From the IMG/VR virus record IMGVR_UViG_3300037067_012889, positions 128,001 to 192,000 of that record: 64,000 nucleotides of DNA. One strand, given 5' to 3'. The notes under the pieces were generated by a model. It did not search any database and had not been told where the DNA came from. It was given only the letters and a program-made list of their open reading frames with translations. This DNA is from a virus (taxonomy: Duplodnaviria; Caudoviricetes). The position numbers and the translations under genes were made by a program. Position 1 is the stretch's first letter, and every line of letters begins with the position of its first letter. Shown in pieces: positions 10,366-20,578 of this stretch.

Positions 10366-13253
10366 GTTATTTTGAACGATGATGCTGCGTGATAATATGT
10401 ACTAACACTAGTGTCTTCGTTGAAGATATATCCTATCACATAATAAGTACCAGCCGCTATTCCGGTCGTATCCCAATCGAGACTAAATGACCCGTTTTCT
10501 GCCACAATTACGCCAACAGATATCCACGTCGCAGGTGTGTAAACTGACGGGCTTGTAGTTATACCAAGGTTCACTTTACTATTGGCTTGTATACCAGAAG
10601 CAGTCCATGTAACTGGAACATGCGCCCCAGCGACATAACTCCCCGATAACGGAGCTGTGATTACGAATGCTACAGCTGGCAGCGGCGTTCCTACTATTTG
10701 CGAATGCCATACTCCCATTATACCGCCAGATGGTGCAACTCCCTGATACCCACACCATGCCGCGACCCATTTTCCAGTACTATTATTACGTGCAACATCG
10801 GGCCAGTATTGATCATCAATACCACGGTGTGCCAAACCAGGATTATTAACAATATATTCATCTGTTGTCGCCACACCAGCAGCAGTAAAGCTTCTAGCAA
10901 GAATACCATATTTAGAGATATTAGCAATCGGATCGTCTGGAATGTACGGGTTATCCCATATAACTGTGAAGTTACCATCACGATCACATGCGATACGATT
11001 GACATTCTGACCATAGTCACGTTGGGCCGTATTCACTATAGCCGGTACAGCCAATGCTGTGCCAGAACTATTATAACGACGCATCCAGGTAGAATAACCA
11101 CCTATTGTGTTACTATAGGCAGACCATATGACAGTGAAAGCACCAGATGCAGCTACTGCAACGTCAACGCTAGCACTGCCACTACCTATCAACTCGTTTG
11201 CAGTATTAGCCTTAAATTCTGCTGCATACGGAACACCAGTAGATTTATATCTTCGGCACCAAGTAGCGGCGTTGACGTTGTTTGTTTGGTATGACCAAAC
11301 AATAACAAAATCGCCAGTTTCAGCAATGCCAACAGAAGGAAGTGTGCAATACCAATCACTACCAGACGCATTAGATGTAGGAGTATTGACCTCGAAGTTT
11401 ACTGCTACTTTATTACCAGCACTATCATAACGTTGGCATTCGATATCTTGATACCAATTTCCTGGGAACCCTGGTTTATTTTCAAGCCATTGCCTTTCCC
11501 ATACAATGATAAAGCTCTTATCAACTTTATTCATTGATATGGCTGGATTGTAGAACCATGAATATGAAATGTCATTAACGCGGAACTGGTCTCCAAGAGG
11601 TGTACCATCAGCACTATACATTCTTGCTTGAATACCACTACGTACAACAGCGTCTGCTGTGTAATCAATATCTGGTCCTGTCCATATAACCACAAAAGTA
11701 CCGTCATGGCCCATTGCTACATCGGGGAACGAACTTGTTTGATCGCCGTATGATGGCACCACAAATTGGGCTGTTGTAGGATTGCCATCTGACCCGAAAC
11801 ATTGCGCCATTACGACCGGAACGCTGTTATTATCATAATTGGCCCAAGCAATAACAAACCGACCGTCATCGGCCGCATCAGAAACGCGTGTATAAAGGTC
11901 ATTGTGAGTACTGGCCTCTGGCGATGCCGATGGGGATGGTGACAACGATGGGGATGGTGCTATCGACTCCGATGGAGATGGAGATAACGACGGCGATAAT
12001 GACGGTGATGTTGAAGGCGACGGCAGTGATGGCGATGTTGAAGGCGACGGCAGTGACGGTGATGTTGAAGGCGACGGCAGTGACGGCGATGTTGAAGGCG
12101 ACGGCAGTGACGGCGATGTTGAAGGCGATAACGAGCGTGACAATGACGGCGATAACGAGTGTGACAATGACGGTGATAAGCTCATCGACGGTTCACCGCT
12201 TGGCGATATCGATACCGATGGCGACAATGAACGTGATAGCGATGGCGACGGCGACAACATCGATGGCGATCCAGGAGACAACCAAGATGACACAGATGGC
12301 GACGGAGATGGCGACGGGGTTAACGACAAGGACAAGGATAATGATGGCGATGCAGAATATGACGGCGATAATGATGGCGAATTAGATAAACTTGCAGAAG
12401 TAGATGGTGACAGTGAGTGTGATGCTGATAACGACAGAGACAATGACGGACTTAATGAAGGAGACAAGCTGGCTGATAACGATGGCGACAAACTAAGTGA
12501 AGGAGATAGGCTGGCTGATAATGATGGCGACAGTGAGGGCGATAGACAACCCGGTTGGGACGGCAAAATGTCTCGGCCCCAAACATCAACAAACCAAAAA
12601 GATTCTTTACTACATACTGGTACTACTGTTCCGTCCGGCAGCACCCATTGAAAAACACATTCTATACCAGTATCATCTGGGCTCGTGAAGCGTGGGCCAG
12701 ATGATACTGGTGCGGTTTCTATCCCCGATACTGCATTATCCATATGATATTTAAATGGATCTGTCGGACCAGTATTGCAATTGAAACTGGTCTGAAAATA
12801 GCATGTTGATTGTGAGCTATCTTCTGCGATAATATATCCGACATATCCCAAGTCATTGGGTTTTATTATTTGTCGTTCTACTGTACAAATACCACGCCTA
12901 TAGACATTCTTCGTATCCGTATCAACCCTACCATAATCTATTCCCATGTCGACTTCGGTGACTGAAATAATTGTCACCGTAGACATGTAATATCTATCAA
13001 TTATTATTTGTTCTGCCGCAGTTGTATTTTGTGCTTGTAATCTTACTACTCCACACTGACTATTGACACAGAATCTTACATCATAAGTCCTAGCGTCACA
13101 CCATACATACGGCATCTTTGTTATGGTTGTATAATCCAATACGCTTATACCATCAACATCTATCGTTTCCCATTGAGTCCAGTATAATGTACCATAATCA
13201 TCTCTAAAGAATATCGATCCTGTAGCTGGTGTCATTTGGAACTCACTATTCAA
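10362..13253 (-). CDS. putative surface/fibre protein: phage N-terminal domain, Ser/Pro-rich stalk, F.VN[TD] repeat domain, C-terminal Ig-like domain
   Basis: About 200-aa (SPSL)n tract; repeated F[RE]VN..P.VA...G.FVI.W...R.Y...G units; C-terminal ITAP...VTWT...WDTTGIAAGTYY. Confidence 0.75.
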   Translation of the reverse strand: MNSEFQMTPATGSIFFRDDYGTLYWTQWETIDVDGISVLDYTTITKMPYVWCDARTYDVRFCVNSQCGVVRLQAQNTTAAEQIIIDRYYMSTVTIISVTEVDMGIDYGRVDTDTKNVYRRGICTVERQIIKPNDLGYVGYIIAEDSSQSTCYFQTSFNCNTGPTDPFKYHMDNAVSGIETAPVSSGPRFTSPDDTGIECVFQWVLPDGTVVPVCSKESFWFVDVWGRDILPSQPGCLSPSLSPSLSASLSPSLSLSPSLSASLSPSLSPSLSLSLSASHSLSPSTSASLSNSPSLSPSYSASPSLSLSLSLTPSPSPSPSVSSWLSPGSPSMLSPSPSLSRSLSPSVSISPSGEPSMSLSPSLSHSLSPSLSRSLSPSTSPSLPSPSTSPSLPSPSTSPSLPSPSTSPSLPSPSTSPSLSPSLSPSPSESIAPSPSLSPSPSASPEASTHNDLYTRVSDAADDGRFVIAWANYDNNSVPVVMAQCFGSDGNPTTAQFVVPSYGDQTSSFPDVAMGHDGTFVVIWTGPDIDYTADAVVRSGIQARMYSADGTPLGDQFRVNDISYSWFYNPAISMNKVDKSFIIVWERQWLENKPGFPGNWYQDIECQRYDSAGNKVAVNFEVNTPTSNASGSDWYCTLPSVGIAETGDFVIVWSYQTNNVNAATWCRRYKSTGVPYAAEFKANTANELIGSGSASVDVAVAASGAFTVIWSAYSNTIGGYSTWMRRYNSSGTALAVPAIVNTAQRDYGQNVNRIACDRDGNFTVIWDNPYIPDDPIANISKYGILARSFTAAGVATTDEYIVNNPGLAHRGIDDQYWPDVARNNSTGKWVAAWCGYQGVAPSGGIMGVWHSQIVGTPLPAVAFVITAPLSGSYVAGAHVPVTWTASGIQANSKVNLGITTSPSVYTPATWISVGVIVAENGSFSLDWDTTGIAAGTYYVIGYIFNEDTSVSTYYHAASSFKIT
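12001..12128. repeat. 27-bp tandem repeat (~4.7 copies) encoding LPSPSTSPS
   Basis: Unit gacggygatgttgaaggcgacggcagt (one T substitution in copy 2) at 12001, 12028, 12055, 12082 and partial at 12109, inside a longer degenerate Ser/Pro tract (~11920-12545). Confidence 0.95.
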
Positions 13254-13320
13254 GTAATATAATTCATAGAAATGACCTAACCAGTAATGTGATTACATAA
13301 AGTATTTTTGTAGGTGTGTG

Positions 13321-13342
13321 ATTTTAACCTTCGGGTCGAAAT
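13321..13342. other. C(UUCG)G tetraloop hairpin
   Basis: attttaacc-ttcg-ggtcgaaat in the intergenic gap. Confidence 0.4.
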
Positions 13343-13350
13343 CTCTTAGG

Positions 13351-14439
13351 CTACCATAAGAGCAAATAATTACATCCTTTAAACGTCTTCGCTTCTACAG
13401 CATGATCATAAAGCTGAAGTACACTAGTTGGTTTATATTGATCTATCAACTCTTGTTTGTTTCGCCTCGAAGCATAACATATCATTTGCTTGGTTTGACT
13501 AAGTATATCCCCAGAAGGCATTTCAAATCCATCGAAGTTGTTGTCAGAAATTAGTAAGTCAAGTTTCTGACCATCAAGCCATCCAAAATTGCCCTGGACA
13601 AAACTAGCAAACCCTGCTTCTATAGCCTTCTCAAATCTCTCATCTTTAACAGTAAAATATGGAAGGCCCATCATAGCACATGCTATAGCTTTAGAACCAA
13701 AACCGGGATGTAAATCGCCCACTGGACCAGTAATTTTAAGAGCCTTAAATATCGCACAATATACTAATGGACTTATAATCCTGCGACGTGTAAACCATCT
13801 AGTTATTTTGCGAACATTTGACGAATTTATACAAACTTGCTTCTTATTACATATATTTCGCAGTGCTTTCCACAGCATCTTGCCAGCTTGATGAGCACCG
13901 GGATTGAAAAAATGTTCTAGTATTCTAAAATGTGTCGGTGGACGTCCTCTTGGAAAACATGTGACAGCCCCGTTGACAAAGTACTTTTCATATCCTGTTT
14001 CTTGCAACAATTGCCAATCTGATTCCAAGATATTATCAGGATACCAATCAGGTTCTGGTTTTGTGTTCAAAATTTCACGGAACAATCTATGCATAGCAAT
14101 ACGCTGCTCTACTATAGTTGCTTCATTAAATTGAGTACGATTAATACACCAATGATATGTTGGCGAATCGTCTAACGGATCATTGCGAAATTCTTTAAAT
14201 ATCGGTATTTCTTTTCTTATAACAGCCAATTCTGGCGTTAAGAAGAAGCAATTATCGTGACGTTTCTTTCTACGCTTGACTATTCTATAGAAATAATAAT
14301 CACGTATCCCGGTCTTGTAGGCTGCATGCACTGATTGACGTTCTATGTATGCATGCTCTATAATATCAGTCTGTTCTAATTGTGATGCAAGGAGCTTCAC
14401 CCACAGTGGTACTATTCCTGGCCTGGACCTTCGGGGCAT
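13351..14439 (-). CDS. degenerate DNA methyltransferase-like protein
   Basis: SPLVYCAIF...VGDLHPGFGSKAIA resembles SAM-binding motif I; the expected xPPY position reads LDLLISDNNF. Confidence 0.45.
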   Translation of the reverse strand: MPRRSRPGIVPLWVKLLASQLEQTDIIEHAYIERQSVHAAYKTGIRDYYFYRIVKRRKKRHDNCFFLTPELAVIRKEIPIFKEFRNDPLDDSPTYHWCINRTQFNEATIVEQRIAMHRLFREILNTKPEPDWYPDNILESDWQLLQETGYEKYFVNGAVTCFPRGRPPTHFRILEHFFNPGAHQAGKMLWKALRNICNKKQVCINSSNVRKITRWFTRRRIISPLVYCAIFKALKITGPVGDLHPGFGSKAIACAMMGLPYFTVKDERFEKAIEAGFASFVQGNFGWLDGQKLDLLISDNNFDGFEMPSGDILSQTKQMICYASRRNKQELIDQYKPTSVLQLYDHAVEAKTFKGCNYLLLW

Positions 14440-14974
14440 TTCTAGTCTTTACTTGAATCTTAAAGTTATTCAACCAAGTTGTTATGGTGTCTGGCGAAAC
14501 CCCGGCGAGCTTGGCACAGGTAACGACATTTTGATCTAACTCTACATAATGTTTATGTAACCACTCATAATTGCGGCAAGAGTTAGTCGATCGTACGCCG
14601 GTCTTGATGTTATATTTACTCAAACGCCTGCGTACTGTCTTCACGCTAAAATGAGATATACGAGACAAAATATACACACCATGTAGTTGATACTGTCGCC
14701 GCCACCATTCCTCACAATCCCAACCGGGTTCTAGCTCCATATCTAACGGAGTTTTTATTGTCTGCGGCGACGTTTTCCTGCCACGAGTTCTACATATGTC
14801 GGTTCTAGACTTCAGTCGTCTGATATATCTAGAACTCAAAGACAATACTTGTGCTAAATCATTAGTACTAAAGAATTTATAGCGTACAAAGAAATTGCCT
14901 AATTGTTCCGAATTGCGTCTATCGAGTAATTCAAACTCGTCACGCATTATTTGACAATGATCCGACATGTCCAA
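14366..14974 (-). CDS. multi-HTH DNA-binding protein
   Basis: STNDLAQVLSLSSRYIRRLK, SVKTVRRRLSKYNI and WLHKHYVEL...CAKLAGVSPDTITTWLNNFKI helix-turn-helix patterns. Confidence 0.7.
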   Translation of the reverse strand: MDMSDHCQIMRDEFELLDRRNSEQLGNFFVRYKFFSTNDLAQVLSLSSRYIRRLKSRTDICRTRGRKTSPQTIKTPLDMELEPGWDCEEWWRRQYQLHGVYILSRISHFSVKTVRRRLSKYNIKTGVRSTNSCRNYEWLHKHYVELDQNVVTCAKLAGVSPDTITTWLNNFKIQVKTRNAPKVQARNSTTVGEAPCITIRTD

Positions 14975-15004
14975 TCTATTTTGTGCTTTGCGTTTTTAAC
15001 GAAA

Positions 15005-15229
15005 TTAACCCGTAAAAAGGACTTCATATAGTCTGTTCTCAAATGATTCCTTCTTAACGTGCTTCGGCAAGCCTTTCGTTTTTGTCGAAGCGAACTTATC
15101 GAGTTCCTTGCTACTCATGCCCTTGGCCATTTGTGCGCTTGGAGAACCGGGCTTAAGAGGTGCTCCCGTTTCCTTGGCATGCTTGGCAATTCCTGCCGCC
15201 GCTTGTTGTGCTTTACTTACTGCTGGCAT
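15005..15229 (-). CDS. DUF3008-like small basic protein
   Basis: MPAVSKAQQAAAGIA...MAKGMSSKELDKFASTKTKGLPKHV matches the family pattern. Confidence 0.75.
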   Translation of the reverse strand: MPAVSKAQQAAAGIAKHAKETGAPLKPGSPSAQMAKGMSSKELDKFASTKTKGLPKHVKKESFENRLYEVLFTG

Positions 15230-15264
15230 AATTGATTCCCCTAATATTGTCCTGCTAGACCATC

Positions 15265-15777
15265 TTATATTTGTTCAGATAAGTCGAATACCATATAATA
15301 AGCTCCGTGCCCTTGCATATAGCAATCTCGTATAACACTTGTTGCTATAAATTTCATTTTACGTAGAAATAATTGGGCTGCGACATTATACTCACTAACA
15401 TAAAGAAAGATATATTTCTTCCTCTCCATTTGCAATTTAATTTTCAACATATTTATCATAAGAGATGCCATTTTGTGTTTGCGATGGTCTTCATCAACAG
15501 CTATACTATATAATTCAACACAATCAGGATAATTCTTTATAACGGCATATCCTATTATTAAACCATCACATTCCACGACATAACAGCAAGAACCATTCTC
15601 GTGGAGTACTGAATAAAAATCACAATATAACCATGGATATTCGAAGCTATTGCGTTCTATATCGATGATACGTTTAATGATACGTTTAAAATCATTATCA
15701 GACACCGAACGAATACTGGCTGGCGCTGATTGTATCAGAATCTTATGCCATGACTTCGTACATATCTCTTTCTTCAT
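15265..15777 (-). CDS. RimI-like GNAT N-acetyltransferase
   Basis: IERNSFEYPW...IIGYA...SIAVDEDHRKHKMAS...LYVSEYNVAAQLFL...F; start uncertain (15837 or 15777). Confidence 0.8.
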   Translation of the reverse strand: MKKEICTKSWHKILIQSAPASIRSVSDNDFKRIIKRIIDIERNSFEYPWLYCDFYSVLHENGSCCYVVECDGLIIGYAVIKNYPDCVELYSIAVDEDHRKHKMASLMINMLKIKLQMERKKYIFLYVSEYNVAAQLFLRKMKFIATSVIRDCYMQGHGAYYMVFDLSEQI

Positions 15778-15851
15778 TACGTTCTTCCATGAATGAAAGA
15801 GTGGCCACATCAGCAATTGCTGATGTGGCCGACACAAGCGTATCTGGTACT

Positions 15852-16901
15852 TTATTTACTAATTCTAGATAATTCTGAATATACCATCAATAGATCTTTT
15901 TCTGTTATGATTTTGAAACACTTATGTTTGTTATTTGCCGCTCTGAATTTCGCTTGATTCTTCGGCCAGGTAGTCATCTTCATTGGCTTCACCTCGATCA
16001 GTTCTTCATGGCCGTCTGAATACGATACAAGGAAATCGGGTGTATAATATAATTTTGTCCCTTCAAATTCATATTCTATATTAAAAGGCTCATATTTGAA
16101 TGCGATAACACTGGTGTCTTCTTGCAATATTTCGACATATCTAGTCTCATATGTCGACTTAGTAGTAAATTGACCTCCTTTACTCGTTTTTAGTCGCATT
16201 CCATAGCCACGATGCTTCGTCTTTCCTTGATTCGATAATTCTGATGCTCTTTTAGAAGCTTGTAATCTATATTCATCAGATCGCAGCTTTGCGATAGATT
16301 TCTTTCGTGCGAGAATACCAGCATCTGATTTTAGGTATTCTCGCATCTTAAAAATGCCACTAGACAAATAAACTAATCTCCTACTGCTCTTCTCCTCGTC
16401 AGTCATCTTATGACCAAACCAACCATTACGATCTCCTCTAATCGCTTCGGATATTTTACGCTTCGTATCATCGCTTAATCTGCCGTCTTTATTCCATGGA
16501 GTCTTTCCAATACTTCCATCAGTCGATGCTCTTCGAGCTCTCTGCTTGCCTAACTCTGAAAGTGATATACCATGCTCTTTAATCAAGATGCAGATTGTAT
16601 TATAACTCACTCCAAGCTCAGCGGACAGAGCTCTAATAGATAGAGAATTACGCAATCTCTTCAATTTATTGACTAACTCTGGCGTTCCTTTTGAGAGCGT
16701 TGCGGCTATTTTAGTCTTATGTTCATCAGTTGGGTTATATGATGAGTGCCGCACGCCAAGTTTTCTAGCTCTGGCCCCAATAGTTTTAGGGCTTATGCCC
16801 GGTAGATACCTATTACCAAATTCCTTGATAGTCAAGAATGGTAAATGAGTAATAATGATGTGGTCGTACAACGACCAATCTACAGGCTTTCCAGATGGCA
16901 T
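15852..16901 (-). CDS. free-standing homing endonuclease (NUMOD3-like + TnsA-N/PD-(D/E)XK nuclease)
   Basis: PWNKDGRLSDDTKRKISEA (NUMOD3-like); KSTYE...YEP...YTPDFLV...LIEVKP...K. Confidence 0.8.
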   Translation of the reverse strand: MPSGKPVDWSLYDHIIITHLPFLTIKEFGNRYLPGISPKTIGARARKLGVRHSSYNPTDEHKTKIAATLSKGTPELVNKLKRLRNSLSIRALSAELGVSYNTICILIKEHGISLSELGKQRARRASTDGSIGKTPWNKDGRLSDDTKRKISEAIRGDRNGWFGHKMTDEEKSSRRLVYLSSGIFKMREYLKSDAGILARKKSIAKLRSDEYRLQASKRASELSNQGKTKHRGYGMRLKTSKGGQFTTKSTYETRYVEILQEDTSVIAFKYEPFNIEYEFEGTKLYYTPDFLVSYSDGHEELIEVKPMKMTTWPKNQAKFRAANNKHKCFKIITEKDLLMVYSELSRISK

Positions 16902-16925
16902 AGAGGCATCTCCGCCTCTATTTAC

Positions 16926-17969
16926 TTACCCCATTATAATCGACCATCGTACGACGATCATAAAATCGGAACTTTTCTTGAATGGTATTTTGAGAATGCG
17001 ATGGGAGAATAACCGTAGAGAATCCCTGAATATCCCTATCGATCCAGTGATAGCGGTTCCGTTGGCGTCAACGGGAGTGCGATCTAGGCCAATGTCGCTA
17101 CCGCCAATAAGTTTTGATGTAACCAGGTAATGATCATTTATTTGTGCTAGACTTCCGGTGGCAGTATCGCCAGCATTCACAATTTTGATTTGGTCTCCCT
17201 CTTTGATGACATCGACATATGCGGAATCGACAGAACTTATCGAGATCGTAGAAGTACCACTAGCTGTTGCAGTTATTGCCGTACCATCTGATCTGCCTTC
17301 TAAGAATATCTCTTTTGGATCGCATTCACATGCCCCGACAGTGTCAAGCTCTTTACCTCCGGCCAATGCGACCTCTGTGATAGTAAAATAATCCGTATCT
17401 GTCATTCCAAAGCCATTGTATTCGTCCTTGGTCAACGTAGTCTCAAAGACTACTATGTTATTCATTGCACGAACATCGTTCTGCATCAACGGTGTTCCTG
17501 CTGGCTGATATGTTGGTTGAAAGTATACTGATTCAACCTTCTTTAATGGTCTTCCTGGCTCCGAGATAGGAATCGCATTGATTAGACCTCCTTCATATTC
17601 TGCACCGACACCGAGTGTGATCGGTATCGTCAATCCAGTAATCGGATCTGTAGTATAATATCGAGGATCAGTAGTATCTAATGCTGCACCGTTTTCATCA
17701 AAGGAAGCACCAAATAAGATATATTTAGGTGCATAGTCGGCAGCGCTTAGACCACTAGAAACCCAAGCACCCGCTCCACTTGTTGCATTTGGGTCCCATA
17801 CTTTTTCATATGGCAACCGGTGCGCCAATATCTCCTTAGCACCAATTTTAACGATATTGTGCGTGCGGTTGTGCTCTAATACTCGACCGTTCCTATCTTT
17901 AATGATGATTTCGATCTCACCATCACAAATATGTCCAAGAGATTCATTTAGATTTAAGACATTATTCAT
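16926..17969 (-). CDS. putative baseplate/tail structural protein
   Basis: HNIVKIGAKEILAH...VVFETTL...ITEVAL...LFSHR...KSSDF..VVRWSI is a tail-collar/baseplate-type fold pattern. Confidence 0.65.
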   Translation of the reverse strand: MNNVLNLNESLGHICDGEIEIIIKDRNGRVLEHNRTHNIVKIGAKEILAHRLPYEKVWDPNATSGAGAWVSSGLSAADYAPKYILFGASFDENGAALDTTDPRYYTTDPITGLTIPITLGVGAEYEGGLINAIPISEPGRPLKKVESVYFQPTYQPAGTPLMQNDVRAMNNIVVFETTLTKDEYNGFGMTDTDYFTITEVALAGGKELDTVGACECDPKEIFLEGRSDGTAITATASGTSTISISSVDSAYVDVIKEGDQIKIVNAGDTATGSLAQINDHYLVTSKLIGGSDIGLDRTPVDANGTAITGSIGIFRDSLRLFSHRILKIPFKKSSDFMIVVRWSIIMG

Positions 17970-17984
17970 ATCAAACCCTTTGGC

Positions 17985-18605
17985 TTATTTGAAATCTTTG
18001 AACATCCAATCAGACATTGCTTGGCATATGTGTCTAAATACTTCCAAGCTAAGCAATTCATCAAAAATCCAAACTGTTGGCTTGCGGACAATTAGCCATA
18101 AAGCATTCCATGGCCAAAGTATCGCCCACACGGCCAAACGTGCTTTATTGTTGTAATATTGGGGCGGAGTGATTTTTCCGTCCGATGCGACAGATAATCC
18201 ACTCTGATATCCAAAGTCATGAACTATATCGACCCAGCTTTCAAAAAGATTTTTGTTACTGGGGTTGATGGTCTCAACCTTATTACGTTTCAAAAAATCG
18301 GCTTTGGCCGTAGTCAATTTGTTGAGTAGACCTTTTAAGTAGATCGGCCATCTTATAAATATCGAGAAGATCATACCAATTACAATATAACCGATCGCAT
18401 ACAAAATTGGTGTCATCGGATGTTCTAATAACATCGGACCAATATTTGTGAAAAGTATTGCCAACACAATCGCAACAAACAAGATCGAGCTAGCCCAGCC
18501 AGTACTTGGCTCATCAACAGCAGAAAGAGCAATAAATACAATGCTTAAAATGGCCAATATTATCAAGGCCGCAATACCGTCAATCGCTAACAAAATAGTA
18601 ATCAT
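17985..18605 (-). CDS. multi-pass membrane protein
   Basis: Three N-terminal hydrophobic segments plus WAILWPW. Confidence 0.7.
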   Translation of the reverse strand: MITILLAIDGIAALIILAILSIVFIALSAVDEPSTGWASSILFVAIVLAILFTNIGPMLLEHPMTPILYAIGYIVIGMIFSIFIRWPIYLKGLLNKLTTAKADFLKRNKVETINPSNKNLFESWVDIVHDFGYQSGLSVASDGKITPPQYYNNKARLAVWAILWPWNALWLIVRKPTVWIFDELLSLEVFRHICQAMSDWMFKDFK

Positions 18606-19444
18606 ATTACAACGTCCGGAATTGAGAAGTTTGCCGAAATGATGTTGTTTATGACGACAGTAAACGTATCACCCGCACTAAGAGTAATGCCATTTAATAG
18701 CTTGATCGTCGTGACAGTATAATATTCGCAACTTCTCGGATCGACAAGCAAACCATTGATATAAACAAAAGGTCTCGTTTTTACGAGATCGACATCACCC
18801 TGCAATGTCACGGGAATAGGAATCTCAGTGGCGGTTGTTGAATTCACATAACCACTGAATGTCGATATTGGAGCAGCACCGCTCAGTTTGCTATTCACAG
18901 ATGTGTACCACGAGTCAAGTGTCACGGGCACACCACTAATTATCTCTAATTCAGTAGAAGTAGCAATACTAAGCCATGAACCTGAAATATTTTCAAGACT
19001 GCTACGCCAAATCTTAAGCGTAAGAGTATTCAAATCGAACCATAAAGTACCATCGCGATACTGCATTGGTTCATCATAAGATGACTGATTAGCCAATAAG
19101 CTCATATACCATATCAGCATCCAATCCCATCTTGGCTGCGCGTCTGGATATGGAAATCGTTCGTGATCTTGACCGGTTAAACCAACTTCGGTAGCAAAAT
19201 CGATAAGAGGTGCTGGGAAACGAAGTCTATTATCTGGTATGAGATTAACTGCCGAAAATGTAATAACTGCGGATCCTGCACCACTAATCAGTGTCAGTGT
19301 ACCGCTCGCTTCTGGTGCACCGGTCCCTGTTGTGGTCAGAAGGGTTGCACCTGTGATGGTATCGAGAACAGTGAACACATATCCGTTATTCGTATACGTA
19401 TCACCAGCAGTTGCATTGGCGGCAGTTATTGTGAAATTGTACAT
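18602..19444 (-). CDS. putative virion structural protein
   Basis: Thr/Gly-rich ANATAGDTYTNNG..FTV module; GTLWFD; C-terminal VYINGLL...Y....I.L...L.AGD.F.V module. Confidence 0.65.
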   Translation of the reverse strand: MYNFTITAANATAGDTYTNNGYVFTVLDTITGATLLTTTGTGAPEASGTLTLISGAGSAVITFSAVNLIPDNRLRFPAPLIDFATEVGLTGQDHERFPYPDAQPRWDWMLIWYMSLLANQSSYDEPMQYRDGTLWFDLNTLTLKIWRSSLENISGSWLSIATSTELEIISGVPVTLDSWYTSVNSKLSGAAPISTFSGYVNSTTATEIPIPVTLQGDVDLVKTRPFVYINGLLVDPRSCEYYTVTTIKLLNGITLSAGDTFTVVINNIISANFSIPDVVI

Positions 19445-20559
19445 TATTCTCGTTCTGGTTCTTGGGCTGGTGGCGCATACTTACCAGTGATTTGGTCTAC
19501 CAATCCAGAAATCTCCTTCTGGTGGTCGCCTAATTCTTTTGCATGCTGCTTTGCGGCATCAAGCTCAAGTTTTTTGGCATTTGGTGATTTGCCAAGTGCC
19601 ACAGACCAAAGAGCCGCCATGGTCTCTTCAAATACCTTCTTATCCGATAATGTCATGGGCTCAACTCGCCATTTCTCATCTCCACTCTTACCCTTGAAGA
19701 CGATTACATGCGAGCCGGGCTCTGCAACATGCCATGTAACTCCCGCTTTTTTCAATGCATCTTTAAGCGTAATTCCAGATTTTGTTTTGGCACTAAGTGC
19801 TTGCTCCAACATTTCAACGCCAACTTTTGGTTGAGCGGCACCATCAGGGACAGCGATACCTTTTAAAGCTTCGTTTAAGCTCTTATTTAATAGCACTTTA
19901 CGATCTTCATAGAAACGGTCTTTAGCACGTGGTGGCTCGTTTTCGTCCGGCTCCCACTCAGTTTTCCGGCCAGTACCGATCCATCCACCGGCTAATTTAT
20001 CATAACCGCGCTCTGTCGCCTCAGCTTCCTGCGATTTTTCGAACAACGCGCGAACGGCCTTGCCAAATTCTTTATGATCTCGAAATGCCCTCTTGGCGGC
20101 ATCAAAATTGAACCATTCATTTTGAGCTTGCTGCTCGACTTGATCTGGTCGACTGATATGGCCGACTCGTAGGACGCGCTCAAGACCAGATCTAATAATA
20201 TCTGACGTATCGCCCTCAAAAGCCTCATTAAGGTTACGATAGAATCTACCAAATTTACTATCCATAGAGTGAACAACTGACGATATATTGATTTTTGGAT
20301 TTGACGACATAATTACCAGTGTTCCAGATGAAATATTCCTAGATTCAACAATAATATCGTTTACTACCGCAATCTTTCGCAGTTCTTCGAATATTCCCAT
20401 TAATGGTCGTGTCGACAACACAACTCGCAAATTATCTTCACTGATCAGTAATTCTGTATCAATAGCGGCGTCATAGCACGACTGATTAAAATATTTATGT
20501 ACCGTATAAAGTTTATCCACAATCAGCTCCTTGGCGGTATCAGATGATGTACTTAACAT
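19444..20559 (-). CDS. putative internal head protein
   Basis: Charged protein with LISE, IVES, NLNE and SLNE sites; start moved to ATG 20559 just behind CAAAGATA. Confidence 0.55.
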   Translation of the reverse strand: MLSTSSDTAKELIVDKLYTVHKYFNQSCYDAAIDTELLISEDNLRVVLSTRPLMGIFEELRKIAVVNDIIVESRNISSGTLVIMSSNPKINISSVVHSMDSKFGRFYRNLNEAFEGDTSDIIRSGLERVLRVGHISRPDQVEQQAQNEWFNFDAAKRAFRDHKEFGKAVRALFEKSQEAEATERGYDKLAGGWIGTGRKTEWEPDENEPPRAKDRFYEDRKVLLNKSLNEALKGIAVPDGAAQPKVGVEMLEQALSAKTKSGITLKDALKKAGVTWHVAEPGSHVIVFKGKSGDEKWRVEPMTLSDKKVFEETMAALWSVALGKSPNAKKLELDAAKQHAKELGDHQKEISGLVDQITGKYAPPAQEPERE

Positions 20560-20578
20560 CCTGAGTATCTTTGACAAT

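Noticed and set aside
11888-12688. Plus-strand ORFs (MLKATAVTA repeats) or a CRISPR-like array
   Set aside because: Antisense shadow of the Ser/Pro coding repeat; units are contiguous with no unique spacers
15852-16901. Tn7-like transposon (TnsA) or group I intron
   Set aside because: No TnsB/TnsC or terminal repeats; flanking genes are complete and uninterrupted
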